Under the pieces are notes generated by a model. The model was not told the DNA's origin and did no database searches. It worked only from the letters and a program-made list of their open reading frames with translations. From Mobula hypostoma (Eukaryota), in contig NC_086102.1 in NCBI RefSeq assembly GCF_963921235.1, positions 137,020,001-137,084,000 of the forward strand: 64,000 bases of DNA, read 5' to 3'. The translations under genes and the position numbers were made by a program. The stretch's first letter is position 1, and every line of letters starts with the position of its first letter. Shown in pieces: positions 37,365 through 51,894 of the stretch.

Positions 37365-37455
37365 TCCGGTTCAGCTAGTTAATTAGCTAGTTTTTCACAG
37401 TGAAGAACAGCTTCTCTCTCTCTCTCAATCTGCCTTCACCAGGCTGCCTTCAATC

Positions 37456-37461
37456 TTTATA
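37456..37461 (-). promoter_or_regulatory. TATA box, copy B
   Basis: TATAAA at the homologous position. Confidence 0.75.
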
Positions 37462-39255
37462 TCCTGCACCCCCACCACATTCAAACACTGACCTGTGTTT
37501 GCTCAGCTTGCTGACCGTGGGCACCAGAACCAGATGAAATGTGGGCTCTAATTATGGGCAGAGCTTCCTCCTAGTACCATCATCATGTTTAGGTTTGGTG
37601 CAAAATTGAGTAAGATCATGTTTTATTCCTTGGAATATGAAATAATAAATTTACAGAGGAGAAGACTCAATCATCTCAAACTTGTACAAAATCCCTGTGC
37701 CCTGTGCATTTAAACTAAATTCCGTGATGATTTACCTCCAGTGGTCCAAAAACGCGCTGGAATTACCAGCACACTGCTGCAAGAATATCTGGGTGATAAA
37801 TCCAAAGTATGTTGAGAGAAATCTTGTATTTTTTCATGTTCTATCAACATTCCTATTTACAATGATATTGATGACATTACTGGAGGTAAAGGAGTTTTGA
37901 GGGCAGTTGGGAGAGTATGTGTCATGACTGCTTCAGGAATATCTCTCATCAGAGTTAGCACCTTCAACTTGATTGTGAAATATTTGACTTTGAAATGTCA
38001 AATTTGAAGGCAAATTTGGTGTTAGTGGCAGGAATCTTAACGGTGTTGGGGGAACAGGGGAAACCTGGTGCCATGTCTATAGATTTCCTCTAAGATGCCA
38101 TGAAAGTTCATCAGTTTGTTAGGAAGGCAGTTAGTGTCTTGGGGAATTGAGTTCAAGAGTCAAGAGGTAAATTTGCAGTGATATAAGTCCCTGATCAGAC
38201 TATCCTTCAAATATTGATTTCAGTACTGGTTGATTCAATCTGGATTCAAATAGATTTAAGTTAATTTGGCACATGTACATCGAAACATACAATGAGATAC
38301 GTCCTACATGAAGAACCAACACACCTGAGGCTCTGCTTGGGCAGCCCACAAGTGTCGCCACACACTCCAACGTCAGCTTAGCAGGCCCTCAGTACTCAGC
38401 AGATCAATACAGAACACAACAAGCAAAAACAGCAGCAGCAAAAACAAGCCCTGTTCCTCTTTTCTCCATGGATTGAAGGAGGATCAGACATGAAGTGATA
38501 GATATGTAGAAGATAAGAGGTATTGATCGAGTGGGCAGCCGGAAACATTTTTTCCCAGGATGGAAATGCCAAAAATGAGTGGACATAAATTTAAGGTGAT
38601 AAATGTATAAGAATGAAAAAGGTGGATGTCAGAAGTAAGTTTTTTTATAAAGAAAGTGATGGATCCATGGAAGACCCTGCCAGGGGTTGTGGTAGAGGCT
38701 GTTACATCAGGGATATTTAAGCGACACTTATAAAAGCACATTAAAAAATAAAGGATAGAAAATAAAGAGAAGGGTTAGATTGATCTTACAGTATATTAGA
38801 TGGTCAACACAGGGCCAAAGGGCCTGTACTGTGCTCTAATCTACTACGTTCTAATTTTGAAGACACAAGAGACTGTGGATGGTAGAAATCTGGACTACGA
38901 GAAATGGATAGACAAGATTTCAGTTTAAGTCTCTTCATCTGGGCTGGAAATAAAGACAGGAGGTAGCTAGTATAAAAAAGTGAGGAAGGCAGAGCGAGTG
39001 TTGACAGGCTACCACACTGCAGCGTGGTTTCATCATTATTAGAATTATTTATTTTCCTTTATTGCTTTTATACCTTTACTTTAAAGTGTATAGATCTTTA
39101 AACTGGCAATACAATGAATGTTCCATTTCCTCCACATGAAGGAATGTCTCCAACCCCCCACTTTTCATAAGATGAAAACAAAAATTCCCATAGGTGCTGG
39201 AAATATGATATAAAAACAGATAACATGAAAGGAAGTCAGTGGATTGGGCAGCATC

Positions 39256-39258
<3 letters not shown>

Positions 39259-39308
<50 letters not shown>

Positions 39309-39348
39309 GACAGACAGAGAGAGAGAGAGGGAGAAAGAGAGACAGAGA
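39259..39348 (+). repeat. (GA)n microsatellite
   Basis: Direct observation. Confidence 0.95.
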
Positions 39349-40284
39349 GTTGCTGTTGCTGTCCTATAAGGCATAGGAGCAAAATTAGGCCATTTGGTAT
39401 CTCAAGTCTGCTCCGTATTCCATCATGGCTGATTCATTATCCTTCTCAAATGCATTCTCCTGCCTTCACCCAATAAACTTTGACACCCTTACAAATCAAG
39501 AACCAATCAACCTTCACTTTAAATATACCCAATACTTGGCCACCTTAGTTGTCTGTAGCAATGAATTCCACAGATTCACCATCTTCTGCCTGAAGAAATC
39601 CTCCTCATTAAGGGACGTCCCTTCTCGGAACTGTTCTTATTAACTGGTTATCAAACTGAAATGTCAACTGTTTCTCTACAGTTGCTCCATAACACTGCCT
39701 GGCCTGGTAATTATTTCCAACATTGCCTGATTTCACTTCACTCTCACTCTCTTTGTGACAGGTTTAAATCAATGGACCACACAACCTGCTCTTCATTCTT
39801 AGGAACTGATAACCTCCTTTGACTGCAACAAATTTCTGAATTGTTCTGTTAACTTCCTATTAAATTAATCCTTTTCTGCTCCAATGAGAATTGTCTTGAA
39901 ATCTTAAATTTCCTAACTGCATTTTCTTATCATTCCTAACATGCCGGAAATTCCATTCTATCCACTTCTTATAGTTTCAATGTCCTTTCTCCCGCTCAGG
40001 CAGTTTGATTTCTTGATACCAGCAGAGCCCAACATAAGATGTTGCAGGAGCCAGTGACACGTGGCCAATTCAACAGGTTTATTGTTGTTAAGATCATTTC
40101 CTGGCATCACCAATCCAGTGCTTACTAGGTCACCAACCGGAAGGCAGCGTCAAGGGTGGGGTCTGAGAGAAGAACACAGACCTGAAGCAACATCATCTGC
40201 AAAGTTCTGACATAAGAACATTCAATAACATTCAACTCTGTTTTGGCTTGTGGTGTGCTGCACATCACTTAGCCCTGCCGCAAT

Positions 40285-40720
40285 TTTCCAGGCATCATTC
40301 CAGGAATGAGAACCTTAACTCTTTCATTTTCAATGGGTTAAACTTGGAGCAAACATGTCAGTGTTTGGTCAATCTGATCTGTAAACAGAATGGTGATTTC
40401 ACACAATTGAGTATTTCTGAGCAGCACTGACCATTAAGGTGACCCACTGTGCCGTGTGTGGGAGTACCAGTTCACTAATGCAGGGACAGTGTGCACACGT
40501 TGGCCACGTCCAACACGGTTTTGTGGGAAGCTCATGAACTGATGGTCACTTTATCCACCGGCCAAGTTTGTGTGGGATAAATTCCCCATTTCACTCCCAA
40601 GAATCCAGTTTGCTGATAAATAAATTAACAAACGTGCTGATAAATGGCAATCAAGGGTTATGAGTAATCCAGCACACAGAAACTGAAGCATTCACACTGT
40701 GGCAGGCAAACAAGATACTG
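40285..40720. promoter_or_regulatory. Conserved upstream block (candidate enhancer), copy B
   Basis: About 3 kb upstream of the TATA box; high identity to the paralogous blocks. Confidence 0.5.
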
Positions 40721-40996
40721 CAAAACCCCAATGATGTTCCTGAGAAAGTGATATCAGAATGTGTCTTTCTGTTCATGTGTCAACAATAGCAATAGTTCAG
40801 TAAATGCCTAATGTGTTGATGGTCCTGTGTTCACTTTACCTCAGAGTTTGAATCACATGTCTGTGGGACAGTTTTGACCGTAGTCATGCATTGATCCACA
40901 ACGTGTGGAGTAGTTCATCAAACCACTGCCTGGGCATTTTTGGGGTTAGGACAAATATGGAAAAAACATTAACTATTAACTTCAGCAACTAACTGT

Positions 40997-41300
40997 GTTG
41001 GCGCGTGGCCAAGTGGTTAAGGTGTTCGCCTAGTGATCTGAAGGTCACTAGTTCGAGCCTTGGCTGAGGCAGCATGTTGTGTTCTTGAGCAAGGCACTTA
41101 ACTACATATTGCTCTGCAACGACACCAGTGCCAAGCTGTATGGGTCATAATGTCCTTCCCTTGGATAATATCGGTGGTGTGGAGAGGGGAGACTTGCAGC
41201 ATGGGCAACTGCCGGTCTTCCATACAACCTTGCCCAGGCCTGCGCCCTGGAAACCTTCCAAGGCGCAAATCCATGGTCTCACGAGACTAACGGATGCCTA
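40997..41300 (+). mobile_element. tRNA-derived SINE
   Basis: A box TGGCCAAGTGG, B box GTTCGAGCC, TSD taactgt at 40990 and 41301; absent near 17515. Confidence 0.8.
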
Positions 41301-44300
41301 TAACTGTAGCCACCAAAGTTCAGATCTGTATACGGACTGCAAATTAAACTTAAAATGCGGCACTGGTCAATGTGAACCGCAGTTAAATGGAAAACCAAAT
41401 ATTGCTGAATTAACTTTCAATTGGGTGTCCATAGTGTGGATGAAGAGAAGGAGGTGTGAAAGATATATGTAATTCGAAAGAAGTATTGTAGATACATCAT
41501 AAATATAGAATTGTCCTTCAGTATTTAACATATAAAATGTCATGTAATGTTGGGTCGAGCAGGCCTTCTCCTCTGAGAGGCTGTAAGTATAATGCCTGCT
41601 GTGTCTCATTTTGTTCATATCTTCCAACTGCCTCTACAGACATTGAGTTCATATTATTGTAGGGTTACTACAGATTAGTGTCTAAATAAAGAATCAACCC
41701 CATTACAAAGATTTCTCTGCAATATGTTCCTGATGACAGAAGCTATTTAGTACTCTTGAGCATGGACAGTTCACCTGGGATATTGTTTTGGACTGGGAGT
41801 TGTTGACCGTGATCATGAAAGCTGTGGTCAGGGTTCCTGGCTTCTGGGCTGCAAGTTGATGTCAGAGTTCATGTCGAAAAGGAAGGGAAGAGTGAAGGAG
41901 AAAACATCAAATCAATTAGTGGAGGTAAACAGTTCAGGAAAAGGTAACATCTGACTGGAGAAACATATGCCAAGATTTGTATGAAAATACCATTCATATT
42001 TTGAACAGAACTAGGCTGTCATCTTTTCAACATAAAGACTTGCAAAATGTTTTGAAGGTAGGAGGATTTGAATCTTATTATCTTGTGAGAAGTTCATTTA
42101 TCCCCAGTTTTCACTGGGCAGTACATTTAAGTTAGCCTTTTCATGACAAAATTCATTAGTTGTGCCTGGTGTTCCATCTTCATGTTGCTCATTGAAGCAA
42201 AGTTTTAGTCAATAATGCAGCTGCCGACTCTGCTTTCTAAGGATGATTGGATGCCAAGAACGGTTTGGTGATTGGCATTTGCAGAGGAAACTAAGTATGA
42301 GCAAGTTTGCACTTCATGTGTTATACAAGGTGGATTGGATCTGGAGGAACACTAGAGTGCCACCTCTCAATTCGCCGATAACACAACCGTTGCTGGCAGA
42401 ATCTCAGAGGGTGACGAAGAGGCATACAGCAGTGAGACATCAGATAGTTGCAACAACAACATTGCACTCAATGTCAGTAAGACCAAGGAATTTATTGTGG
42501 ATTTCAGGAAGGAGAAGTTGAGAGAAAAGACCTCAATGCATCTAACCACTTGATCCTGTCACTTTTAGATAACAACATCACAGAAGTCCATCTGCAGCCT
42601 TCAAAGAGCCTTAAGTTTCTCCTTCAGTACCTGTCTCCCAGCAAGGTAGTTCAAGGTTCCAGCTACGTTTGAGACACTGTTTCTTGATTCTTCTGCACAA
42701 TAGCCAAACCTTACATCATGCTTTTGTACCTTTGGAAAGTGAACCTTTTCTCTTTCCATCATATCAACTGATTGTTTAATTAAGAATGAACCCTATTCAA
42801 ATCTCTCAAACGTTTTCTAGATTTGAGACAAAACAAAAGATGCCTTGAACATTTAAGAAGTACATGAGCAGCTTGTACTTATCTGTGCCACTTAATCACT
42901 TGTTTCTGACACCTTTAGGTAACAACATCACAGAAAAAGACATTGTTTTCCAGGCAAACATCTTGCACAGAGTCCGTCACTTCTCATACAATAGCCGGCC
43001 TCTATTTCCTGTCACCAATGTCCGAGACCACACTCAGTTTTTTTACCCAGAACAACAGTTTATCTGTACTTTTTTGATCATATAGTTAGCCTTCATCACT
43101 GCACTACACTGTAAACAATTTAAACCACTTTTTATAATGGTGCTTATGTTGTAAATACAGGTTGCTATTAATGTATTGTTGCACATTTTATTATATATTA
43201 ACACTTTAAACTCTATTTATCTTTTATATACTATCGTATTCTTCATAATTGCTGAATGTTGTTTTTTTGTTGCATGTCATTCCAGCACATCACAGCAAAT
43301 TCCTAATAAGTATACTGTAAATGTAGATGGTGAATATGATCAATCCTTGATAATCCTTGGTCTTTGATGATCCTTGTTTCTGGACAATACACTGTAGATA
43401 CTTCTCGGGACTCGTTCTTTGCTGCAACAGGCAGAGCAATGAAGAGATCATTATCCCAGTGCAAAACCAAACTGCTAGTCATGCCATTTTCAATCTTGGT
43501 CACCCCCTGACCTCATATTCTTCAATATAAGTCGGGGGAACCGCTTAATATCTTCTCACCAGGTCTTCCTAACTCAGCAGAGCAACCAACAATTTCAGGT
43601 ACTCAGCATTTCCTACATATTTCATCCAGATTTCCAGAAATCCCCCCACGTTCCTTTGGTACATTCAGTTTTAACACACCCAAAATGTAGCAGGAAGTCA
43701 GCAGGCCAGGCAGCATCTGTGAAGGGAAATGAACAGTCGTGATTGATGAAGGGTCCTGGCCTGAAATGCTGATTGTTCATTTCCCTATGTAGATGCTGTC
43801 ATAAATCTTGAACTTTGCTCCAGAATTTTGTGTGTGTTACTCCAGATTTTCAGCATCTGTAGAGTTTCTGTCTGCATTCAGATTTCTTTGTTACTTTGCT
43901 TGCTCAAATGGCCCTTTCTTTCACCTTGGGCTTTCAAGCTTCCTATCATTTAGTGTCTATTGACTTCCATCTTATCACTGAAGTTTCCTTTGTTCTGTCT
44001 GGGTCTGCTCCTTTCCTCTGCATCGTAAGAGTTGTTTCACCTATCCGCGGCCTGAAACTTTTGTGGATTACGTCCCGCTCAAGCCACAGCCTGTGGTCTC
44101 ACCCCTCTCATGCCTTATCCCAAACTATGGTTACATTAATCTTTTGGGTCCTGTGATCTCCCAGCCTCAGCCATTCCATGAGCAAGTGCCAGGCCACAGA
44201 GCAGCTGGTAGGATAAGCACTACCCATAGGTCTGCTGATGGGTTGTTCTGTCACAAGGTCTCTGCATTAATTCCAAACAGTGGAAAGAGTTAATATAATT

Positions 44301-47207
44301 TAAAAAGCAGTGCCCAATCAGAGATCAGAAGCCTGAGAAGACATAGATCACTCATGTTCACTTATTGGTACCTGTGAGAAGTGCATCCAGCTGCAGCTTC
44401 TAACACTCCACATTAAGGAGTTGTAGTTGGAACTGGAGGAACTCTGGGTCATCTGGGGGGCTGTGGGGGTGCCAGGGAGGATATGTAGAGACATTGTTAC
44501 ACCCAAGGTGCAGGGCAAATAGACTGGGGACACTCAGGAAGGGGAAAGGAGTTAAACAGCCATTGCACAGTACTCCTGAGGCCTGCCCCCTCAACAACAG
44601 GAAGACTACTTTGAATACTGTTGGAGGACTGACCTAGCATGTGTCCAGCACTGTCTCCGTGACTCAGAAGGAAAGGGGAGAGAAGAGGCGAGCTGTGGCG
44701 ATAGGGTTTGATAGTTAGGGGAACAGAAAGGACATTCTGTGGACGAGAACGAGATTCCTGGATGGTATGTTGCCTCCCAATTGCCAGAGTCCAGGACATA
44801 TCAGATTGAGTCCTCAGCATTCTTAAGTGGGAGTGCAAACAGCCAGAGGTCGTGGTCCATGTAGGTGGCAATGACATGGGTAGGAAGAGTGATGAGGTTC
44901 TGCAAAGTGAGTTCATGGAGTTAGGTGCTAAGTTAAAGGGCAGACATCCAGGGTTGTTGTATCAGGATTGCTATTCATGCTACATGCAAGTGAGGCCAGA
45001 ACTAGGAATATGATACAGTTTAACACATGGCAAAGGAGTTGCTGCAGGAGGGAGGGCATAAGATTTTTAAGTTGTTGGGCTCTATCCAGGGAAGGTGGGA
45101 CTTGTACAGAAGAGACAGTTTACACCTCAAATTAGAGGGAGGAACTAATATCCTCGAGGGAATGCTTGCTAGTGCTGCACGGGAGAGAGGGATAGTGTGT
45201 GTGTGTGGTTTAAACTAGAGTTGCAGGAGAGTTGGAACCAAAGTGCCAGAACAGATACTGGAGAGGTTGTGGAGACATGTTGTTAAGACTTCAGACAAAG
45301 TCGGGAACCAAAAGATTGAGTATGGTGCGACTGAAGTCTTGAGCTGCATATACTTGAATGCAAGAAGTATCGTAGGAAAGGCAGACTAGCAAAAGGCATG
45401 GGTCAACACCTGGAATTGTGACATTGTAGCCATTAGTGAGATTTGGTTGCAGGAGAGGCAGGACTGTCAGCTCAATATTACGGGGTTCTGCTGATTAGAC
45501 GCGACAGAGTGAGAGGGTTTAAAGGATGAGGTGTAGCGTTACTAGTCAGGGAAAATGTCACAGCTGTGCTCAATCATGACAGACTAGAGAATGCCTCGAG
45601 TCAGGCGTTATGGGTGAAACTAAGAAATAAGAAAGGTATGACCAGGTTAATAGGGCTATATTACAGACCATCCAACAGTCTGAGGGACTTAGGGGGACAG
45701 ATTTGCAGAGAGATCGCAGACGGTTGCATGAAAAATAAACTTCATAGAGTAGGTGATTTTAACTTTCCACATATTGACTGGGATTCCCACACTGTAAAAG
45801 GACTAGATAGGATAAAATTTATCAAATGTGTCCTGGAAAGTTTCCTTAATCAGTATGTCGAAGTCCTAACAAGAGCGTGTGCGATAATTGATCTGCTATT
45901 AGCGAATGAGACAGGGCAGTGACAGAGGTTTGTCTGGTAGAACACTTTGCATCTAGTGATCACAATGCCATTAGTTTCAAAGTAAATATTCAAAAAGACA
46001 TGTCTGGTCCACGGGTGAGATTCGAAATTAGTGAAAGTCCAATTTTGATGGTATCAGAAAGGACCTGACAAATGAGGTTTGGGGAGACAGTGTGACGAGA
46101 GACCTTGATAAGAATGGTTCAGATCCATGTGCTGGAGTATCTGAGGTTAGGATCGAGACACAGTACGAGACTGAAACAAGAACTGAGCACTAAACAAGAC
46201 ACCAGATGAGCACTAAACAAGACACCAGATGATAACCCAAGCTGGGTTTGTGATTGGGCACTGAACCTCCATTCAGGTGCTCTTTAAATACTGAAATACT
46301 GGTTTAAGGAAAAATGGAGGTGCATAGCAGGTATGGGCAGGTTGGAACTAATGGGGTACTTACAGAGTATAAGATATGCAAGAAAACACTTAAGAAAGAA
46401 ATCAGAAGGACTAAAAGAAGGCGCGAAGTTGCTCTAGCCGACAAGATGAAAGAGAATCCTAAGGGATCCTACAGATATGCTAAGAGCAAAAGCATTGCAA
46501 GGGATAAAATTGGTCCTCTGGAAGGTCAAAATGGTAATTCGTGTGTGGAGCTAAAAGAGATAGGGAGATCTTAAATAATTTTTTTGCATTGATATTTAGT
46601 CAGGAGATGGACACAGATACTATAGAAGTGAGGGAAAGCAACATCAACTTCATGGACCCTATACAGATTACAGAGGAGGAGGTGTTTGCTGTCCTGAGGT
46701 AAATGAGAGTGGATAAATCCCCTGGGTGTGACAAAGTGTTCCTACGGACAGTGTGGCCCCATCTGCAGCCCTAGCAGACATATTTAAATCATCCTTAGCG
46801 ACAGGTGATATGCCAGAGGATTGGAGGATAGCTAATATGGTTCCACTGTTCAAGAAAGGTTGTAAAAGTAAACCTGGAAATTATAGGCCCGTAAACCTGA
46901 CATTGGAAGGTAGTCTGAGGCACCAGATATATCTGTATTTGGATAGATATGGACTGATTAAGGACAGCCAACATGGCTTCGTGTGGGGCGTCACGTGATG
47001 ACGTGGGATTGAGACGTGTAAATTCAGCTCTCCCGCAACAAATCAGTAAAGTACCGTTTAAACAAAACAAAGTTCATAAATATTTTTTGAAAACTATTTA
47101 TAAACTTTATAAGACTACTTTACGGTATGCCTCCTAAACCGCAACAAAAGAAGTCTGCTGTTGCGAAGCAGCTGTGAGACGGGAAGAAAAAAGGGCCTAC
47201 TGCAACG

Positions 47208-48248
47208 ATGGAGCCTCGGACTCAGGTTGGATCTCCTTCGGTAGAACAGGGAGCAATGGCGGTGGCAGAGGTTGCTCCGAAGAAGACAACGGAATTGTGC
47301 ATGCGCAAAGAAGAGCGCATGCGCAAATCGACACAACGCAAACTACAAGAACCGACACCCACTGCAATTGAAAATGACTCAGAGTCAGAACTGGATTCTG
47401 CAGAGAACACAGATGAAGAAGAGGAAGAAGAATTGGAAGCGAGTGGAAGTAAAGGAGATGATAGAGACATAAGAGAGGCTGTATTGCGATCAACGGCTGA
47501 ATTAAGGAAAGTAAGAGAAGAGCTTAGAGATACGAAGAGATGCTATAATAAAGTTATGGAAAGACAGGACAAAATGGAAAAGAAGCTTCAGAAGATGGAA
47601 AGAGAAATGGGGCTTATGAATGATAGAGTGGAAAAAACAGAAAATGATTTGCTTGTCTGGAACTCGGAAAGAAACCGACTCTTGGAGAAAGTGGACATGT
47701 TGGAAAATTTCAGTAGACGTAATAATATAAAAATTGTTGGTCTTGCAGAAGGTATGGAAGGAGATAAGCCAATAGAATTTTTTCAAAGATGGATCCCGGA
47801 GGTTTTGCAAATGGGAGAGGAGGCTCGATCAATTGAAATTGAGCGGGCACATAGAGCTTTAAGACCAAAACCAAAAGACGACCAATATCCACGATCGATT
47901 TTAATAAAATTCTTAAGATTTCAAGACAAGGAAAGGATTCTACAGACGGCTGTTCGAGCTGCCAAAGATAGAAAAGGGCCATTGATAATTAAAGGGAAAA
48001 GAGTTTTTTTCTACCCTGATATAAGTTACGAACTTTTGAAGAAAAGGAAGAAGTTTAATCCAGTGAAAAAAACCCTATGGGAGCATGGTTATCAATTTAT
48101 ACTGCGTTATCCTGCAACTTTGAAGAGTTTTTTGTCTGGTGGAGAAAAAAGATTTTTTGATGACTACCAGAAAGCAGAGCAGTTTGTGCAAGATTCTCTG
48201 AATATTCACCAGATACAAGAACAAACTCAGGAGAGGGAGATAGATTGA
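47208..48248 (+). CDS. L1 ORF1p (coiled coil, RRM, CTD)
   Basis: LENFSRRNNIKIVGLAEG, IERAHR, FYPDIS and LRYPATL motifs; open 346 aa. Confidence 0.88.
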   Translation: MEPRTQVGSPSVEQGAMAVAEVAPKKTTELCMRKEERMRKSTQRKLQEPTPTAIENDSESELDSAENTDEEEEEELEASGSKGDDRDIREAVLRSTAELRKVREELRDTKRCYNKVMERQDKMEKKLQKMEREMGLMNDRVEKTENDLLVWNSERNRLLEKVDMLENFSRRNNIKIVGLAEGMEGDKPIEFFQRWIPEVLQMGEEARSIEIERAHRALRPKPKDDQYPRSILIKFLRFQDKERILQTAVRAAKDRKGPLIIKGKRVFFYPDISYELLKKRKKFNPVKKTLWEHGYQFILRYPATLKSFLSGGEKRFFDDYQKAEQFVQDSLNIHQIQEQTQEREID

Positions 48249-51200
48249 AGATGAAGATTGGGTTTAAGAATGGATTTTTTGGATTTTTGAAGCTGGATGA
48301 ATGTATAAATATAGTATTAATTATATGAGGGGGGTAAGAAAGGTTAATACTGGAGGAAATTAGCTGGGAATAATAATACTAATTTTGTTTATATATATAT
48401 AACTTTTTTTTGTTGCGGGGGAGCTGGAAGAAGCACTGATCGATTGCTACGTTAATCATGTGTGCAAGCGTGGCTTTTCCGCGACCCGTAAAATGGAGGG
48501 GGGTAGTGTTGTGTATCTTTTCATTCACAACATTAGTGGGGGGGTATTTTGTTTTTTCTTTTTTTTTCTATCTTTTTTTTTTCTTTTTGCCTGGAAGGTT
48601 GGGGGGGGGGGGAAACACATATCATCATGGTGAAGTTTAAAGTGATTCCCCAAGGAACTATGAGAGTTGAGAAGATAAGTAATGTTTTAGATTGGAGTAA
48701 CTTTGTTAAGAATAATGACTAATTTATTGAATTTTTTGAGTTTTAATGTTAATGGGCTTAATGGACCAGTGAAAAGAAAAAGAATCTTAACATATATTAA
48801 AAAAATGAAGATAGATTTAGCTTTTTTACAGGAAACGCACCTAACAGAAACAGAACATCAGAAACTAAAGAGAGATTGGGTGGGTAATGTTGTTGCGGCC
48901 TCATTTAATTCAAAAGCGAGGGGAGTAGAAATTTTGATCAATAAAATGTTACCAATTAGGATACAAAATGTAATAACTGATTCTGCGGGGAGATATGTGA
49001 TTATACATTGTCAACTTTTTTCCGAACTATGGACTTTTATGAATATTTATGCACCAAATGAAAATGATGCAAAATTCATACAAGAAACTTTTTTGAATTT
49101 GGCGGATGCACATGAAAAAATATTAATTGGAGGCGACTTCAATTTTTGCTTAGACCCAGTCTTAGATAGATCAACCAAGGCTGTTATAAAATCGAAGGTA
49201 GTAAATCTAACTTTATCATTGATGAAAGATTTAAATTTGATTGATATATGGAGAAGAATCAATCCTAAAGAAAGAGACTATTCGTTCTATTCCCACAGAC
49301 ATAAAACTTATTCAAGGATAGATTTTTTTCTATTATCAATGCATATTCAACACAGAGTGAAAAATATGGAATATAAAGCAAGAATATTATCAGATCATTC
49401 TCCTTTATTAATGACAATAATAATGGCTGATAAGGAAGAAGTGGCTTATAGATGGAGATTTAATTCAATATTATTAAAACGTCAAGATTTTTGTGATCTT
49501 ATGAAAAAGCAGATTCAATTTTTTTTGGATACAAATTTTCATTCAGTGGAGGATAAATTTATATTATGGGATGCGATGAAAGCATATCTTAGGGGACAGA
49601 TAATAAGTTATACGTCTAAAATTAAGAAAGAATATATGGCAGAACTAGATCTATTGGAAAAAGAGATTACAAGAATAGAAAAAGAATCACAAAGATATAT
49701 GTCAGAAGAAAAACGAAGACAACTTGTCAATAAGAAGTTACAATATAATAAACTTCAGACACATAGAACGGAAAAAGCAATTATAAGATCTAAACAAAGG
49801 TATTATGAGTTAGGTGAGAGAGCACATAAAATTCTTGCCTGGCAGTTGAAAACAGAACAAGCTTCCAAAACAATAAATGCAATTAGAACAAGGGCAGATA
49901 AAATATCTTATAAACCTCTTGAAATAAATGAAACCTTTAAAAATTTTTATTCTGAATTATATCAACCAGAATCCCAAAACGATGTTAATGAGATAGAAAG
50001 GTTTTTATCACAAGTTTCTCTTCCAAAATTGAATTTGGAAGAACAGAGGGGATTAGATATGCCTTTTACATTAAAAGAAGTTGAAGAAGCTTTAGGATCA
50101 CTTCAAAGTAATAAATCTCCAGGAGAAGATGGTTTTCCACCTGAATTTTATAAAAAATTTAAAGATTTATTATTTCCTCTTTTTATGGAACTAATACGTC
50201 AAGCAGAAAAAATACATAAACTTCCAGATTCTTTTTCAACAGCGATTGTAATAGTATTGCCAAAAAAGGACAGAGATCCTATGAAACCAACATCATACAG
50301 GCCTATTTCTTTATTGAATACGGATTATAAAATAATAGCAAAAATTTTATCGAATAGATTATCTAAATATTTACCAAAATTAATACATATGGATCAAACA
50401 GAATTTATTAAAAATAGACAACTGGCAGATAATGTAACTCGGCTACTCAGTATAATTCATTTGGCACAAAAAAGGGATGAGAAGAGTATAGTAGTAGCTT
50501 CGGATGCAGAAAAAGCATTTGATAGATTAGAATGGGATTTTTTATTTAAAGTATTAGAAAAATATGGGTTAGGAACATCTTTTATAAATTGGATTAAAAC
50601 TTTAAATTCTAACCCTAAAGCTAAAGCAGTGACAAATTCTCAAATTTCAACACCATTTCTGCTAAAAAGGTCAACTAGACAAGGTTGTCCACTATCACCT
50701 GCTCTATTTGTATTGGCGATAGAGCCATTAGCAGAACTAATTAGATTGGATCCAGATATTATGGGTTTTAGAGTTAACCAAGAGGAATATAAAATTAATC
50801 TTTTTGCCGATGATGTTTTGATCTATTTAACAAACCCACAACATTCGTTACATAAATTATCTTCTAGATTGGATGAATATGGGAAGGTATCAGGTTACAA
50901 AACAAACTGGGATAAAAGTGAAATTTTGTCTCTTACTAAAGGAGACTATAGTCAATGTCGATTAGTAACTCAATTTAGATGGCCGGTAAATGGTATAAAG
51001 TATTTAGGTATAAGACTTGATAGTGATGTAAAGAATTTATATAAATTTAATTATTTACCACTATTGAAAAAAATTCAAGAAGATCTTGACAAATGGATGA
51101 TACTACCAATAACATTAGTAGGTAGAGTCAATGTTGTAAAAATGAATATATTTCCGAGATTACAATATTTGTTTCAAACATTACCAATACAATTGCCACA

Positions 51201-51894
51201 GAAATTTTTTCAAGAGTTAAATAAATCTGTGAAGAAAATTTCTTTGGAAAGGTAAAATGTCAAGAATATCATTGGAAAAACTGACATGTAAATTTAGGTT
51301 AGGAGGGTTACAACTTCCAAACTTTAAAAATTACTATAAAGCAAATCAACTTAGATTTATTGCATCTTTTTTCGATGATCAAAAACCAGCATGGATTAAA
51401 ATAGAACTAGACAAGATAGGAGAAAATAAACCTGAAGATTTTATATATAAATAGGAATCTAAATGGATACGGGAAAAGAAAGAATCTCCTATATTAACAC
51501 ACTTGATTGATCTATGGAATAAGATAAATGTTGATAAGGAAACACAGAAATCTCTATTAGCAAGGAGACTTTTGTTTCAAAACAGACTTATTCCTTTTAC
51601 AATGGACAATCAACTTTTATATAATTGGTACCAAAAAGGGATTAAATTTATAGGAGATTGTTTTGAGCGAGGTATATTGATGTCATTTGAACAATTAAAG
51701 GATAAATATAATATATCTAATAATACTTTCTTTTGCTACTTTCAGTTAAGGGCTTACTTAATAGGTAAGCTGGGTCAAACAATGTTTTTGCCAAAAGCTA
51801 ATGAAATTGAAATTTTAATTCAAAAAGGGAAAATTAAAAAAATTATTTCTTGTATGTATAATTTGATTCAAGAACAGACAATTAAACAAGGAAC

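Noticed and set aside
40997-41075. tRNA gene (also 36365-36440)
   Set aside because: The A/B boxes belong to SINE heads with a body and TSDs; there is no clean cloverleaf.
46090-46300. Direct repeats tgagcactaaacaagacaccaga as a CRISPR-like array
   Set aside because: Only two adjacent copies with no spacers, in eukaryotic DNA; probably an LTR fragment.
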